Shown one piece after another: positions 39,011 through 53,321 of a stretch of DNA of 64,000 bases. The notes beneath the pieces were generated by a model. That model was given only the letters and a program-made list of their open reading frames with translations. It had not been told where the DNA came from and searched no databases. The translations under genes were made by a program, and so were the position numbers. Position 1 is the first letter of the stretch, and every line of letters starts with the position of its first letter. This DNA comes from Eledone cirrhosa (lineage: Eukaryota): assembly GCA_964016885.1 (NCBI GenBank), contig OZ024754.1:12338001-12402000 (forward strand), written 5' to 3'.

Positions 39011-39393
39011 CATCATCATCATTTCATTTTACGTCCGCTTTTTCCTTGCTTGCAAGGGATGGACGGGAACTGATTCTGCCTTGATTTCTACAGCTGGAGG
39101 CCCTTCCTAACACCAACCTCATTTACAGTGAGTGCTGAGTGCTTTTTTTCAGTGGCGCCTACATGTCCACTTTACAGTGTGGGCTGGGTGCTTTTTTGCC
39201 GTGGCACCTCCATGACCACTTTGCAGTGGAATGATAGGGACCCCAGTCCCTATCATCTCATTTCTACAGCTGAGTAAACTGGAGCAATGTGAAATAAAGT
39301 GTCTTGCTCAAGGAAACAACACATCGCTCGGTCTGAGAATTGAACTCACAACCTTTCGATTGCAAGGTTCTAACCACTAAGCCATGTGCCTCC
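39011..39393 (-). mobile_element. Family A SINE (long-tail variant)
   Basis: Retains an extra ~44-bp unit present in the LINE 3' UTR. Confidence 0.88.
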
Positions 39394-39485
39394 ATATATA
39401 TATATATATATATATATACAAATGTATATATATATAAAAAATGGCATAGATATACAATACAATACAATGGGAGGAAACATAATAG

Positions 39486-39529
39486 TACCACTGATGATGT
39501 TGCAGATGTGCAACGAAAGAACTTTGATA
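39486..39529 (+). ncRNA. Minimal type-I hammerhead ribozyme motif
   Basis: tacca-CTGATGA-T-GTTGCA-gatg-TGCAAC-GAAA-GAAC-TT-tgata. Confidence 0.62.
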
Positions 39530-39671
39530 GACTATATATATATATTTATATCTGTATTTTTAACAGCTGGTCAATCAATGATAAACATTGATTGCCAAAT
39601 AAATTTACAGAAGTGAAAGCCAACCAAACAGTGAGTGTGTTCTGTTATTATTTCTGGCAATATTATAACAA

Positions 39672-40542
39672 CTAGCAGAAAAATCACCCTTTAGGTGGTT
39701 TTTCTGCTAGCATGTGTGGTGTGTATATTGATATTATACGCAAGTATATATGCATGTAGATATGATACATCAAATGAAATCGTAATTGACAATATACACA
39801 AAAATTGAACGAAGACTGTGTTATACTGTCTTATGTAATCAGTAACATAATCCATGATACATTAAAAAAAGACGATATTATATATAAACTGCATTAGAAG
39901 AAAATTAGTGACAGAAAATATATGAATATTTATTTAAGCGATCGCTAACCGGAAGTGTTGACATTTGAAAATGTTAAAGAAGTGAATCTTTAAATAAGTA
40001 ATAAAATATATTTAATGAAAAGCCACGAAATTTAGTAGATAAATTATGTAATATTCATTTATTATTTCTTCAAAGGGGATAAAAACGGGTTATTTTACTA
40101 GGGTTATTTTACTAGGGTTATTTTACTAAGGGGATAAAAAATTATAAACCGTACACAGTCCCGCGCTTCTTACTTTATTATATGGTCTCCCCAGTTCAAC
40201 CGGCTGTAAACTCTCTAAACCACTTACGAACGTTTTTGACATCCATGCACGACTGTCCATACACTTCCGTTAATTGGCGATGAATTTCAATTGGTTCAAC
40301 GCCTTTTGCGTTCAAAAACCGAATAACTGCGCGAACTTTGCACTTGGCGGTAGCATTCAACGGGAGCTCCATTCTCAACGGCTGCCAAGCCAAGATTGAG
40401 CATCCCAGCGAAGCGCACGCATGCTTGTTTGAGAGTGAAGGAAGCACCAATCACAACAGTGTTGCCAACAGCCGTACGAACAGTTTCTCTGCGTCCCCAT
40501 CGCTTGGGGACCTTACTTTTGGGCTTGCCCTCGTAGTTTAGA
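39672..40542 (-). mobile_element. Non-autonomous Helitron
   Basis: Minus strand starts TC (40542-40541) and ends with a hairpin plus CTAG (39710-39672). Inserted between A and T with no TSD, judged against the empty site at about 3950-3965. Confidence 0.8.
40183..40533 (-). mobile_element. Mariner transposon 5' fragment (one TIR plus transposase N-terminal HTH, 40196-40372)
   Basis: TIR-like start TA-CGAGGGCAAGCCCAAAAGTAAGG; peptide MELPLNATAKCKVRAVIRFLNAKGVEPIEIHRQLTEVYGQSCMDVKNVRKWFREF. Confidence 0.85.
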
Positions 40543-40586
40543 TATAACTCTCCCCAAGTATAACAATATATATATATATATGTAGG

Positions 40587-40649
<63 letters not shown>

Positions 40650-40680
40650 GTATGTTTATATATATATATATGTATGTATG

Positions 40681-40728
<48 letters not shown>

Positions 40729-40953
40729 TATGTGTGTGCATATCCATATATATATATATGACTGGGGCAGGCCGCACTTGCTACATTTCTCCCCACCCAA
40801 CCCTACTCACCGTCTCAACTCATTACTGCTATGAACACTTTTTCAACACACCTACACCCATGCACGTATTAAAGGGGGAGAAAAGAAACCCCCACCACAC
40901 CACACCACAGACATGTTAAATCCCTATATATAGAACAACACACCACATACACA

Positions 40954-40994
40954 TCAGTTTGACAAGCGCACCTCAGCGTGAAAGGTCTTTCTAA
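40954..40994 (+). ncRNA. Degenerate hammerhead-like motif with U3:A8 core, inside a (TA)n-flanked insert (40760-41165)
   Basis: tcagt-TTGACAA-GCGC-acctca-GCGT-GAAA-ggtc-TT-tctaa. Stem I is imperfect. Confidence 0.42.
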
Positions 40995-41163
40995 AAACGA
41001 AACAATACCTCCTACGTTAACCAAGAACTCCTAAGACCTAACCAACAACCAACAACTTAATTTATAAAATAATTTTTTTAAGAAAAATTCTTTTTGGATT
41101 TTGTGAAGAAAATAAATTTGTTGAAAGCACAAGTGAAGCCATTTTTTCTTCCCCCCTGTCTTA

Positions 41164-41199
<36 letters not shown>

Positions 41200-41279
41200 A
41201 CACACATATATATATATATATATAATTCAACTTTTCAAATTGAAGTCGATGTTGAAAGGTATGTCGAATCTATCTATTT

Positions 41280-41403
41280 ATAAGACTGTTTATATTGTAT
41301 TTTGTCTGAGGAAGGCATAACATATTTTTAATATGATATCCCTGAAATATATATAATGAAATAAATATGGTTTTATAAATATAGTTTCCATTTATTTAAT
41401 ATC

Positions 41404-41406
<3 letters not shown>
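41280..41406 (+). mobile_element. Family H4 single arm with hammerhead-like motif (41302-41356)
   Basis: CTGAGGA, long stem II, GAAA-TATA. Homologous to 35160-35290. Confidence 0.65.
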
Positions 41407-41464
<58 letters not shown>

Positions 41465-42683
41465 TGTATATCCATATATATTATGTATATATATATATCC
41501 CTGCCTGTCATATGATGTGACTAAAAGTGTTGGCATCAAGAAAAACATCCAGTTACTATAAGATATTGTCTAAAACCATCTTGTCTAAACCCATGCCAGC
41601 ATAGAAGAATGATAATGATGATGACATATATATATATATGTTACATACAGAGAAATACACATAGTTTCTATATTACTATGTGTGGACACTACTTAAACTA
41701 TAAGAATACTGAGAAAAAATGATTTAATATAAAAATCACTAAATAATGATATTCATTTTTAAAAACAAAATCTAAAAAAAAAAAAAATGTCAAGGAAAGT
41801 CTCCATATCATGTCTGGTTGTGTATACAATAGATATAGAACAGGTTCACATAAATGAAATCATGTAAAAACCAACATTCTATAGATTATATTCTGTTTTT
41901 TATCTGATGTAACTAAGGTGAATTCACTGATAGAAGTTTTAAGTTCAATACAGACTGGAAAATGAATTTTATCATCGTCATCATCATCATCATCATCATC
42001 ATCATAGTTTTTACGTCTGTTTTTCCAACCAAGCTTTCCACCATGACTCACACCACCACTATTACATACCCCCCTCTTCTCTGTTGTCTTCTTCTTCTCC
42101 TGTATGTACCTCTCTACCACTACCATCATCATTTTATGCCCATTTCCCATGCTAGCAGGGGTTGTTAGTTTGTTATAGTCAAATTTTTATTCAGAGTTAC
42201 TTTACAGAATGTTCTGAGTACAATTTCCTATTCAATCAGGGATTGGCCTTGTGGCCCCTTGACCAGCCTCATACTCATTAATGGAGTCTTTTCAAGACAA
42301 TGTTTTGTAGTTGGATTCCCTTCTTGTTCCATTTCTTTTAGTCAACACCTTACAATATCTAAGGATATAGTGACCCTAGCCTAAACTGGACTAATATGTA
42401 ATTATTACTGTCTTTATAACTTTATAACTCATTGAACAATAATCATAAAGGAAATAAAAGCAGGGTGCAATTCACCATTAAGTGCAACAATCGGCTACAC
42501 CTCACATCTTACGGGTTAACTAAACACGTAGAGGCAAGCCAACATGCTCGTAGCATTACCACAGGTAATGGCAAGGCTAAGGTACTGAAATAAGTAGGAA
42601 CCCTTACAGGCATCACCTGACACCTCAGTAAGGTGAGCCGACAGTGATGACAAGAACTTTGCAGAGTTTATTATTTAAATAAA

Positions 42684-43270
42684 GGCGGTGGATTGGCAGT
42701 ATCGGTAGAGGGTCGGATGCCATGCTTTGAAGCATAGAGTTACCTCCCTGTATGATCTGAGTTCAAATCCCGCCGAGGTTGACTTTGCTTTTCATCCTTC
42801 CGGGGTCGATAAAATAAAGTACCAGTAATGCACTGGGTAATTGCTGGCCTTGTGCCAAAAGTAGAAACAATTATTTAAATATCGGTGAATTGGCAGTATC
42901 GGTAGAGGGTCGGACGCCATGCTTTGATGCATAGAGTTACGGCCCTTGCCATTCTGAGTTCAAATCCCGCCGAGGTTAACTTTGCCTTTCATCCTTCCGG
43001 CATCGATAAAATAAAGTACCAGTAATGCACTGGGTAATTGCTGGCCTTGTGCCAAAAGTAGAAACAATTATTTAAATATCGGTGAATTGGCAGTATCGGT
43101 AGAGGGTCGGACGCCATGCTTTGACGTATAGAGTTACGGCCCTTGCCATTCTGAGTTCAAATCCCGCCGAGGTTAACTTTGCCTTTCATCCATATGGGGT
43201 CGATAAAATAAAGTACCAGTAATGCACTGGGTAATTGCTGGCCTTGTGCCAAAAGTAGAAACAATTATTT
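42684..43270 (+). mobile_element. Tandem array of three family-M SINEs
   Basis: Each unit is bounded by attatttaaata (about 42670, 42870, 43067, 43264). Confidence 0.9.
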
Positions 43271-43819
43271 AAATATATCTTTAGCAAAGATGACTATTTA
43301 ATGAGCTCAATGCTGATAATTTAACTCTTAATATCTGACTCACATGAAACCAGATTCTTGAAAATAACAAAACAGCTTTACGACTCTATCACGTTAAACA
43401 TTAAAGTCTTTACTATAAAACTATGAATTATTTTTAATGACCTGTCCACTAGTAACGACACAATAAACATTTAAATCAACAAATATATATTTGTTAATTA
43501 TATATTTTCGACTAAACTATTACAGGATGTTAAGAGTTAAATGAAAAACTGTGTTTCCTAATACAACAAAATATGAATTAAATCTAATATAACTTGATTA
43601 GCATTTCTAATAGGCCAGGGATCAAATTCAATGAAAAAAGAAATATATACCATTTGAAGTTGAAATATATGAGGAGTAATTGTTCTGAAATTCACAATGT
43701 AACATTCACAGAATTTATTCATGGTTTACATGTTTTTATCAATGGAAAAAATTGTTTGGAAATATCAAAGAAATAATAGAAAAGAAATGTCTAACAATGC
43801 AGTCTGCAAATATTTCTTG

Positions 43820-45010
43820 TCTGTATATGTATATACCATGTGTATATATGTATGTATAGTTTGTGTATATATGTATATTGTATATATATGTATATTGTGT
43901 ATATATGTATAGTTTGTGTATATATGTATATTGTGTATATATGTATAGTTTGTGTATTTATGTATACCTTGTGTATATATGTATATTGTGTATATATGTA
44001 TAGTTTGTGTATTTATGTATACCTTGTGTATATATGTATACCTTGTGTATATATGTATATTGTGTATATATGTATAGTTTGTGTATATATGTATATTGTG
44101 TATATATGAATATTGTGTATATATGTATATCTTGTGTATATATGTATATTGTGTATATATGTATACCTTGTGTATATATGTATACCTTGTGTGTATATGT
44201 ATATTGTGTATATATGTATATTGTGTATATATGTATATTGTGTATATATGTATATTGTGTATATATGTATAGTTTGTATATATGTATATTGTGTATATAT
44301 GTATACTGTGTATATATGTATATTGTGTATATATGTATATTGTGTATATATGTATACTGTGTATATATGTATATTGTGTATATATGTATAGGTTGTGTAT
44401 ATATGTATATTGTGTATATATGTATACCTTGTGTATATATGTATATTGTGTATATATGTATATTGTGTATATATGTATACTGTGTATATATGTATACTGT
44501 GTATATATGTATAGGTTGTGTATATATGTATATTATGTATATATGTATACCTTGTGTATATATGTATACCTTGTGTGTATATGTATATTGTGTATATATG
44601 TATATTGTGTATACCTTGTGTATATATGTATATTATGTATATATGTATACCTTGTGTATATATGTATACCTTGTGTGTATAGGTATATTGTGTATATATG
44701 TATATTGTGTATATATGTATATTGTGTATATATGTATATTGTGTATATATGTATATTGTGTATATATGTATACTGTGTATATATGTATACTGTGTATATA
44801 TGTATATTGTGTATATATGTATACCTTGTGTATATATGTATACCTTGTGTGTATATGTAAATTGTGTATATATGTATATTGTGTATATATGTATATCCTG
44901 TGTATATATGTATAGTTTGTTTATATATGTATATCCTGTGTATATACTTATATCCTGTCTATATATGTATAGTTTGTCTATATATGTATAGTTTGTCTAT
45001 ATATGTATAG
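43820..45010. repeat. AT-rich ~17-19-bp minisatellite (tgtgtatatatgtata[t/cct])
   Basis: Seen directly. Confidence 0.9.
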
Positions 45011-45723
45011 GCCACATGCCTTCACATCCACCATTCTACATTTATAGCTTATAAACTTTATTTTATTGACTTTAACAGAATTTGAACTCAGATCACAGAG
45101 CTGGAAAATACTGCCACTTATTTCATCCTATATTTTAATAGCTTTACCCCCTGAATGACCAATAAAATACTGCCAGTTATTCTGTCCTATACTTTAATAG
45201 TTCCACCATTTTACCCCCCCCCCTCCCTGAATGACCAACAAAATACTGCCATTATTCTGTCCTATACTTTAGTGGTTCCACCATTTTACCACCTGAATAA
45301 CCAGCAATATTAATTATATGATTCACTAAAATATGCCAAATGGAGTTCAAACAAGAAGTGTCTCAATGATTGGTTATTTGTAATAGAAGTTTAATAGTAA
45401 AAGACAACTCTAAAGTCAAATGATAGCAGAGCAGTTAACTGAATAACTGACCTTTAATGAAACTTTTTAAAATATCGAAAAACTCAGTCAGGTTGAAAAC
45501 AAACTGATTGGGTTATTTTTTTTCTCAGGTGAAGTTAGTGACAGAAAGCATATCTTGCCATGAAACATTAGAATTTCAATAAATAAAATAGCCATGAATA
45601 AATGAATAGTCAATATAAAAAGATATTGTGACTTACCCCTCCCATCTAATCCCACCCTGTCCCTTCAGCAATCTGAAGACCAAAACAAAACAAAACAGAA
45701 GAAAAATAACATTTACTAAGAGA

Positions 45724-46072
45724 TTCATTTTCATTTCATTTCATTTCATTTTACATCCGCTTTTTCTCTGCTTGCAAGGGTGGGACGGGAATTGGTTCTG
45801 GCTTGATTTCTACAGCTGGATGCCCTTCCTAACACCAACCTCATTTACAGTGAGTGCTGGGTGCTTTTTTGCCGTGGCACCTCCACGACCACTTTGCAGT
45901 GGAATGATAGGGACCCCAGTCCCTATCATCTCATTTCTACAGCTGAGTAAACTGGAGCAATGTGAAATAAAGTGTCTTGCTCAAGGAAACAACACATTAC
46001 CCGGTCTGAGAATTGAACTCACAACCTTTCGATTGCAAGCCCAATGCTCTAACCACTAAGCCATGTGCCTCC
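45724..46072 (-). mobile_element. Family A SINE
   Basis: Full-length copy with an (ATGAA)n tail. Confidence 0.9.
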
Positions 46073-46145
46073 ATTACCAATAAGTGATGTAAATCAATCC
46101 AGGAGTTTTTTTTAGAAGCAATGGAAAAATTATGGTGCAGGAGCC

Positions 46146-46670
46146 CCACCACCACCACCACCATCATCATCACCACCATCATCATCACCACTACTACCAC
46201 TACCATTACCACCACCATCACCACGACCACCAATACCACTACTACCACTACCATTACCATCACCACCACCACCACCAATACCACAACCACCAATCATTAT
46301 CACCAACATTACCATCACTACCACCACCACCACCACCACCACCACCACCATCACTACCAATACCATCACCATTACCAATACCACCACCATCACTGTCACC
46401 ATCACCATCACCACCAATACCACAACCACCATCATCATCACCACCACCAGCAATACCACCACCATTACGATGACCACCACCACCACCACCACCAACAACA
46501 CCACTGCCACCACCACCAGTACCACCACCACCACTGCCACCACCATCATCACCACCACCACCATTACGACCACCACCACCACCATCACCACCAATACCAA
46601 TACCACCACCATCTCAACCACCTCATCAAGTCAGCAACAGTTTGAAAACAACAACAACAACAACAACACC
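46146..46670. repeat. (CAC/CAT/CAA)n degenerate trinucleotide repeat
   Basis: Seen directly. Confidence 0.9.
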
Positions 46671-47234
46671 AAGAATATAACACAATATAAAGAGAAGTAA
46701 AAAATCTGTCATCTACTATAGTAGATTATGTGATGTAACTCAATCCAAAGGTCTTTAGAAGCAATCAGTCGGAACACGATCACAGAAAGATCCTATCAAT
46801 CCCCCATTGAAATTCTGAAGATAACAAATACTGATATCCAATGGAAATTGGGGTCAAAGCGGGATCAGATCTGTTATGTCAAAATACAGTTTCTAATTTA
46901 TTCATTAGAATGGCCTTTCATACTTATTTCTAACCACATATTGTCTGATATGAAATGTTTCCTGGGTGTAATAAAGGAATTGTAAAATCTGATATATAAA
47001 GATAGTATTTTAAAAAAAAAACTTTAACACAAAGATATCTGATGAACATCAAGTTACTTTACGTGTATCAAAATGAAAAATCCCATCTTATTTTGGCATA
47101 ATATTACAATATATTGATTTCTCATCAAAATATCATTATTGAATATGATCAGTGACTTCATTTAAAAAGAAAATTTAGCTTAGACTGTCTTGGAATGGAT
47201 TTCTGATTCTTGAGGTTAAAAATAGAATTTAATA

Positions 47235-47276
47235 AATATATATATATGTGTATACACATAGACACACACACATATA

Positions 47277-47330
<54 letters not shown>

Positions 47331-47462
47331 TATAATCATATATATCATCATCATCATCATCGTTTAACGTCCATCTTCCACACTTGCATGGGTTTGGACG
47401 GGAATTTTCCCACTTGAAGCAAGATTGGTTGTCTTGCTCGTATAGGACATATTTATATATAT

Positions 47463-47501
<39 letters not shown>

Positions 47502-47539
47502 ATCATATATATATATATGTATATATATATACATATAAA

Positions 47540-47588
<49 letters not shown>

Positions 47589-47984
47589 TCATATATATAT
47601 ATATAATCATATATATATTTGTAGTAAGGTTGCTTGGATGCGTCCATAGGTGGTATGCCAGTTGAGCACTCTATGCTCCTTCGGAGCAGAGTATAATAAT
47701 ATGATTCTTCGTTTTCCATATTGTATATATATATATATGTATATATATAATATATATATATAATCATATATATATATAATCATATATATATATATAATCA
47801 TATATATATATATAATCATATATATATATAATCATATATATATATAATCATATATATATATATACATATAATCATATATATATATATATATACATATAAT
47901 CATATATATATATATACAATGATATATATATATATATACAATCATATATATATATATATACAATCATATATATATATATATACA

Positions 47985-48072
<88 letters not shown>

Positions 48073-48114
48073 CATATATATATATACATATAATCATATA
48101 TATATATACATATA

Positions 48115-48198
<84 letters not shown>

Positions 48199-48388
48199 CA
48201 TATATACATATAATCACATATATATATATATATATATATATAAACATATAAAGAATGAATAATAACAGGTAGACATCATAAAAAGGTAGTTTATTATATA
48301 TACATATAATCATATATACATATAATCATATATACATATAATCATATATACATATAATCATGTATACATATAATCATATATACATATA

Positions 48389-48456
<68 letters not shown>
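47235..48456. repeat. (TA)n/ataatc microsatellite field with an RTE 3' end at 47345-47450 (-)
   Basis: Seen directly. Confidence 0.88.
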
Positions 48457-48602
48457 AGATGAAATTGGAAATAGCACTGAAAATATATCTTTTAGGGTCT
48501 GTTTCTCTTCTTTTTCCTTTTCTTTGATTCGTCAAAGTGGCATTATTTAAAAAAATGAGAGGGGCAATTCTTTTAAAAAAAGAGTTTTAAAATGTATATA
48601 AA

Positions 48603-48648
48603 GTATTACTGGTTTCGATGTATTAGTAAAATTCATCTCATCAAATGT
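48603..48648 (-). ncRNA. Degenerate hammerhead-like motif
   Basis: Minus strand reads TTGATGA-GATG-(13 nt)-CATC-GAAA-ccag-TA-atac. Confidence 0.4.
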
Positions 48649-49311
48649 TGAATATTACAATTAAAAAGAATTAATAAGGATTAAAAACTAAAAATTAAAG
48701 ATTTAAAATTTAGTGTTGAGGTAAGTTTTTACATCTTCCTTGTTGAGAAGGAGACTGGAAAATGAACTCTTGTGTATATATAGATAGAGGTGGTAGTAGC
48801 AGATTTATAATAGTAATAATAAATAAATAGACCAACATCCAGAGAGGACTTGATAAGGATTATATATATATATATATAAGTGTATATAAACCCGTAGAGC
48901 TAATATATTATTAACACACAAATTAAAAGTTTAAGCAAAGAATTTCTGCTTTCACCCTAAAGCTAGATCTTCTAAAACTAAGAAATATCAATCCATGGAT
49001 GCAGATGTACATATTTAAAAGAACTATGACCAAATATTGCTTTTAAAAATAGAAAGACATAATGGTAACACATGAAAATGTTCTCTTGAGATGCAGCGAA
49101 ATGTATGCAAAAAGAATTAAAGAGATGTAATTGCATCATTAAGTGAAGCAGGAAGAATAAATTCTTGCTATGAAAAAATCAGGAATCTAGTTTTCTTTTT
49201 AGAATAACGAAATATTTTCCTGCAACTATATATGGAAAATATTGCTAATATAAGTTATATTATTAAGCATAAACATACTGAAGGTATTAATAACACAGGT
49301 AATAATAAAAA

Positions 49312-49666
49312 TAATTGTTTCTAGTTTTGGCACAAGGCCAGCAATTACCCAGTGCATTACTGGTACTTTATTTTATCGACCGCATAAGGATGAAAGGCAA
49401 AGTTAACCTCAGTGGGATTTGAACTCAGAATGACACTGCCAAATAAAAATAATGGTTCCTGATTTAGGCACCAGGCCAACAGTTTTAGGGGAGGTGAACA
49501 TCTATTAAATCATCCCCAGCGCATTACCGAGACTTTATTTTATCAACCCTGTAAAGATGAAAGGCAAAATTAACTGCAGAATGATTTTAACTCAGAATGT
49601 AAAGGGACGAAGCTCTATGCCACAAAGCATATCTGACGCTCTACCAATTCTACCAATACCCCACCC
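49312..49666 (-). mobile_element. Two family-M SINE copies (one truncated, one old)
   Basis: Family-M motifs; aataaaaataat repeated around the first copy. Confidence 0.75.
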
Positions 49667-49967
49667 TATTTCCTAACTAATAATACAACTGATGTCTAAC
49701 TTGGAGTGCCTAAGAGATGAAACATTGGGGACATCTCAATATCATGAAATATTGATAATATAAAAGAGATATTGATTTCTAGTAAAACTTTTGAGAAGAC
49801 AAAGTAGTGAAATACTAGCTCAGGTATTGTAAGTTTATATCTGCTTCTAAGGTTTCTTTGTTCATCAAGGCAAAGCAATTAATTAATTATTGATAACCAC
49901 TGATCACCTAAATGTAAAGAAAATTGGCTTCAGATGCATTGCAACAGTTTCTGTGTGATAATCAATA

Positions 49968-50182
49968 GTATAAAGAAGGATCCATCTATTGTGCAGGGGG
50001 ATTTAGTTAACCGTGGTCAGACAGGTTTCAACTATGGTATAAAGAAGGACCCATCTATTGTGCAGGGGGACTTGGTCAACCCTGGTCAGATAGGTCTAAA
50101 AACAATGTCAACTATGGTATAAAGAAGGACCCATCTATTGTGCAGGGGGGACTTGGTCAACCCTGGTCAGATAGGCCTAAAA
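49968..50182. repeat. ~70-80-bp tandem repeat x3
   Basis: tataaagaagga(t/c)ccatctattgtgcaggggg occurs three times. Confidence 0.88.
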
Positions 50183-50774
50183 TAAATGTGATGATGACAA
50201 TGATGATGATGAAACATTTGTAAATGAAGAAATTATTTTACAACCAATAAAGTACAACATTGTTGACAGAATTCATTCTGCCAATCCTTCAATTTAGTCT
50301 TTTTTAAAGCATCCTATTAACTTGGCTGTCTGAAGCTTTTCTCTAAAGAGAAATTTATCTTCCATTCATTTAATCCTCTAGAAAGTGGTTTGACTGGCTC
50401 ACTTTGTTTAAAGGATTCTTGTAATTCCCCAAATAATTGAAAACAGAATAAAAAAAAAAGATCCATTTCAAGATTGATGAGGAAATAAGATAAAAAATAA
50501 ATGATTCTTTTATAGAATATGAAAATGTGAGAGTCCCTAATGAAGAAAATATCTCTGATATGTTGATCATTATAGATAATAATTGAGAAAATTGGGTAAA
50601 TTGCCTTTACAGACAGAAAAAAGTAGACAGAGCTAAGGATAATTTATCCAATATTCTCAACTATTATTTATAGCAGTCAACTGTTATTATAGATATCTTC
50701 TTTAGAATTTTAAACACTTCCAGTGCTTCAAAAATTCATAAGCTTTTAATAGAAGGATTAAGATATATAGAAGA

Positions 50775-50975
50775 AAACATGTGGACTCGACAGCAGAGTG
50801 GACATAATCAAGTCAAGACCATCAAGAAGGGCAAACATAGATACATAGATGGGCTGATCACATCTCTTGTCTCAGACGCCACAAGTGGATTATTTAAGTG
50901 ACAGAGTGGACATCAAGGCTGTGAAGAAGAACAAGAGGGTGGTCAAAGGCAAGATGGCACAACGATCTAACCAAA
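50775..50975 (+). pseudogene. Highly degraded RTE C-terminal fragment
   Basis: Pieces translate as WTRQQS...IKKGKHR...WADHI...VTEW...RTRG..KARWHNDL. Confidence 0.5.
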
Positions 50976-51749
50976 CAGGAGTGAGAAGGCCCTGGATTTT
51001 GGATTTTGGATATTAGAAAAGAAAAGAAATAAGAAATTTCCAAGTTACTTACTGACATTAGTTCCATGGATGGCATTTCCTAGTAAAGGATCTTTTCTCA
51101 TATCATATTTGCGACTGTTAATCACTAACTCTTGAATACATCCAGAGAACCTCTGTGGAGTACCAACCCTTTTAAATATGGCTGACATATTATTGAATCC
51201 ACCAAGGTATAAATCTTGTCTGAGTGTTATTCTACTGAAATCAGTCTGAAAAAAAAAAAAAGCAAAGCATTGATATTAAGAAGGACATCCTCCTCTTCCT
51301 TCTCCTCCTCCTCCTCTTTACCCCCCATTAAATCCAGCCCCATAAAGTAGTTAGTAATAGGAAGGGATTTCACCTGTCGACACCATGCTAAAAAGGGTTA
51401 AGAAGATGCTCCAATTAGGCCAAGACAACCTCTTTAATGGTTGTACCATGATAAAATATACCCGGACCCAGTACATGCCTGTAAAGTGGTTAGTATTAGA
51501 AAGGGTGTTCAGCTGTAGAAACCACACCAAAAGAGGGTTGAAAATAGCCTCCAGTCAAGACACAGAAACCTCTCTAATGCTGGTGGCCCCAACAATTCAC
51601 CCAGAACACACAGTAAGGTGATTGGCTATGGGAAAGGCATCCAGCTGCAAAAAACATGTCAAAACGTGTAAAAAAGACTCTTCAGTAGTGTCAAGGACAC
51701 AACAACCTCTCTGGTGTTTGTAATTTCGATTGATAAATGCTCCCAATAC

Positions 51750-51937
51750 ATCCTTCTTCTTCTTCGTCCACTTATTCCTGAGAGGGTCGTGGGGCCAGAG
51801 TCCTGAAACACTCCTTCCAGTAGGTCTTGTCAGAAGCAACTGTCTCCAACTGATCCAACTGGATCTCCAAGCATGACCAGCCAAGCTCATGGATGTTATT
51901 TAACCATCTTGCTTGGGGTCTACCTCTGGGTCTGCCA
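51750..51937 (-). mobile_element. Rex3/Expander-like RTE 3' end with (AAG)n tail
   Basis: Minus-strand translation GRPRGRPQARWLNNIHELGWSCLEIQLDQLETVASDKTYWKECFRTLAPRP. Confidence 0.7.
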
Positions 51938-53321
51938 ATACATCCTTTGATGTAAATTTGAACTCAGAATATTTTATCCTGGCACCAACACAAGAGAAAT
52001 TATCATCGTGTCTTTAACACAGTTGAAGATCTAGAAATTGCTAGGATCACCTTACCAGCTGCAGGCAAAGAGGAGGATAATGTTTAGTTGACAAAATTCT
52101 TTTTTTTTTTTTTAGCTAACAAGAAAATATTCAGCAACAAAACATTTCAATATAGTCAGCTCCAAGAGATCCAGGAATTGGTAAGATCACCTTAACAACA
52201 ATCCAATCTCTTAGTGTGACACCTTCAACAGTGTAAATGTGATAGGATGGAAAAATAATTATCTGTTCAGTCTTTTTTTCCTCCTACATACTAATTATCT
52301 GTTTGGAAATTCTGAGAACACAGCTTATTGTTCAGCGGGGTGGAAAAAATAAATAAATATAAATAAAAACAGCAATAATAACAATAAAAACAATGCTTCA
52401 CAACTGATTAAAATTTAAGGAAATCAACAATTGAACTAGAATTTTCCAAATTAACACAGTTTGTTTTGTTTTGTCAATAAGTTATTATTGTTATTATTTT
52501 AAAGGGAGAAGTTATTTTCAGTAGAGGTTTTGTAATACTTTCTTGTTAAATTCTCTTCTCTAGTTAATTATTGTTTTCTGAATGATAAACAAAATATTTC
52601 AATGGCAAAAAAGAAAATAAAAGAACAAAAAAAAAAAACAAAACAAAAAAACAAAAACAAACAAACAAACAAACCCCAAAAACAAATTTAAAAAAAAATC
52701 AAATTTTTGAAGAAAGTGAAGACATTTCTTCTTTCTATAAAAACTAGAAAGACAGAATGTAAATGTTTTTATTTTCTTCGATAAATTTTAAAGTTTCTTT
52801 ATTGATTTATTTCATATTTATTATTTCTTTTATTCCAACCAACCAACTATTAGAGACAAACGAAAATGTTTACTTAAAAACACAGACCAACAACAATTTC
52901 TTTCCGAATTATACAAATTATACGAACTCCAATGTAAACAACCTCACCACTACCATAACATGATCTCTTACCACTACTAGTAGTAGTAGCAGCAGTAGTA
53001 GTAGTAGTATTAGTAGCAGCAGTAGTAGTAGTGCTAGTAGTAACACCATTAACACCACTAAAATAATCTATGATACAATAAATCATTATATATCACTATA
53101 TTCATTATATCATCATCATCATCATCATCATTTTTACATCCCTTTTCCATGCTGCTATGTGTTGGATAAGATGTTTTGGGACAATGTTTTGCAGTTGAAA
53201 GCTCTTTTTGATGTCAACCCTTTTAGTTTCCTCTTACAAAGTGCAGGGACACACTGCGTCTATTTTAAAAATTGGGACACACATACATATATATGTGTGT
53301 GTGTATATATATATTATATTG

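Larger units (their letters stand above)
39436..40568 (+). mobile_element. Family H1 Penelope-like terminal element split by a Helitron
   Basis: 39436-39671 plus 40543-40568 align collinearly with the reverse complement of 3933-4225. Confidence 0.75.

Noticed and set aside
46121-46700. His-, Thr- and Val-rich ORFs
   Set aside because: A (CAC)n microsatellite open in all frames.
46868-46880. Short reverse-complement match (agatctgttatgtc) to the 7.5-10 kb minisatellite core
   Set aside because: Only about 14 nt and not extended on either side; compatible with chance in AT-rich DNA.
47039-47080. CTGATGA as a possible hammerhead core
   Set aside because: No stem II followed by GAAA and no stem I.
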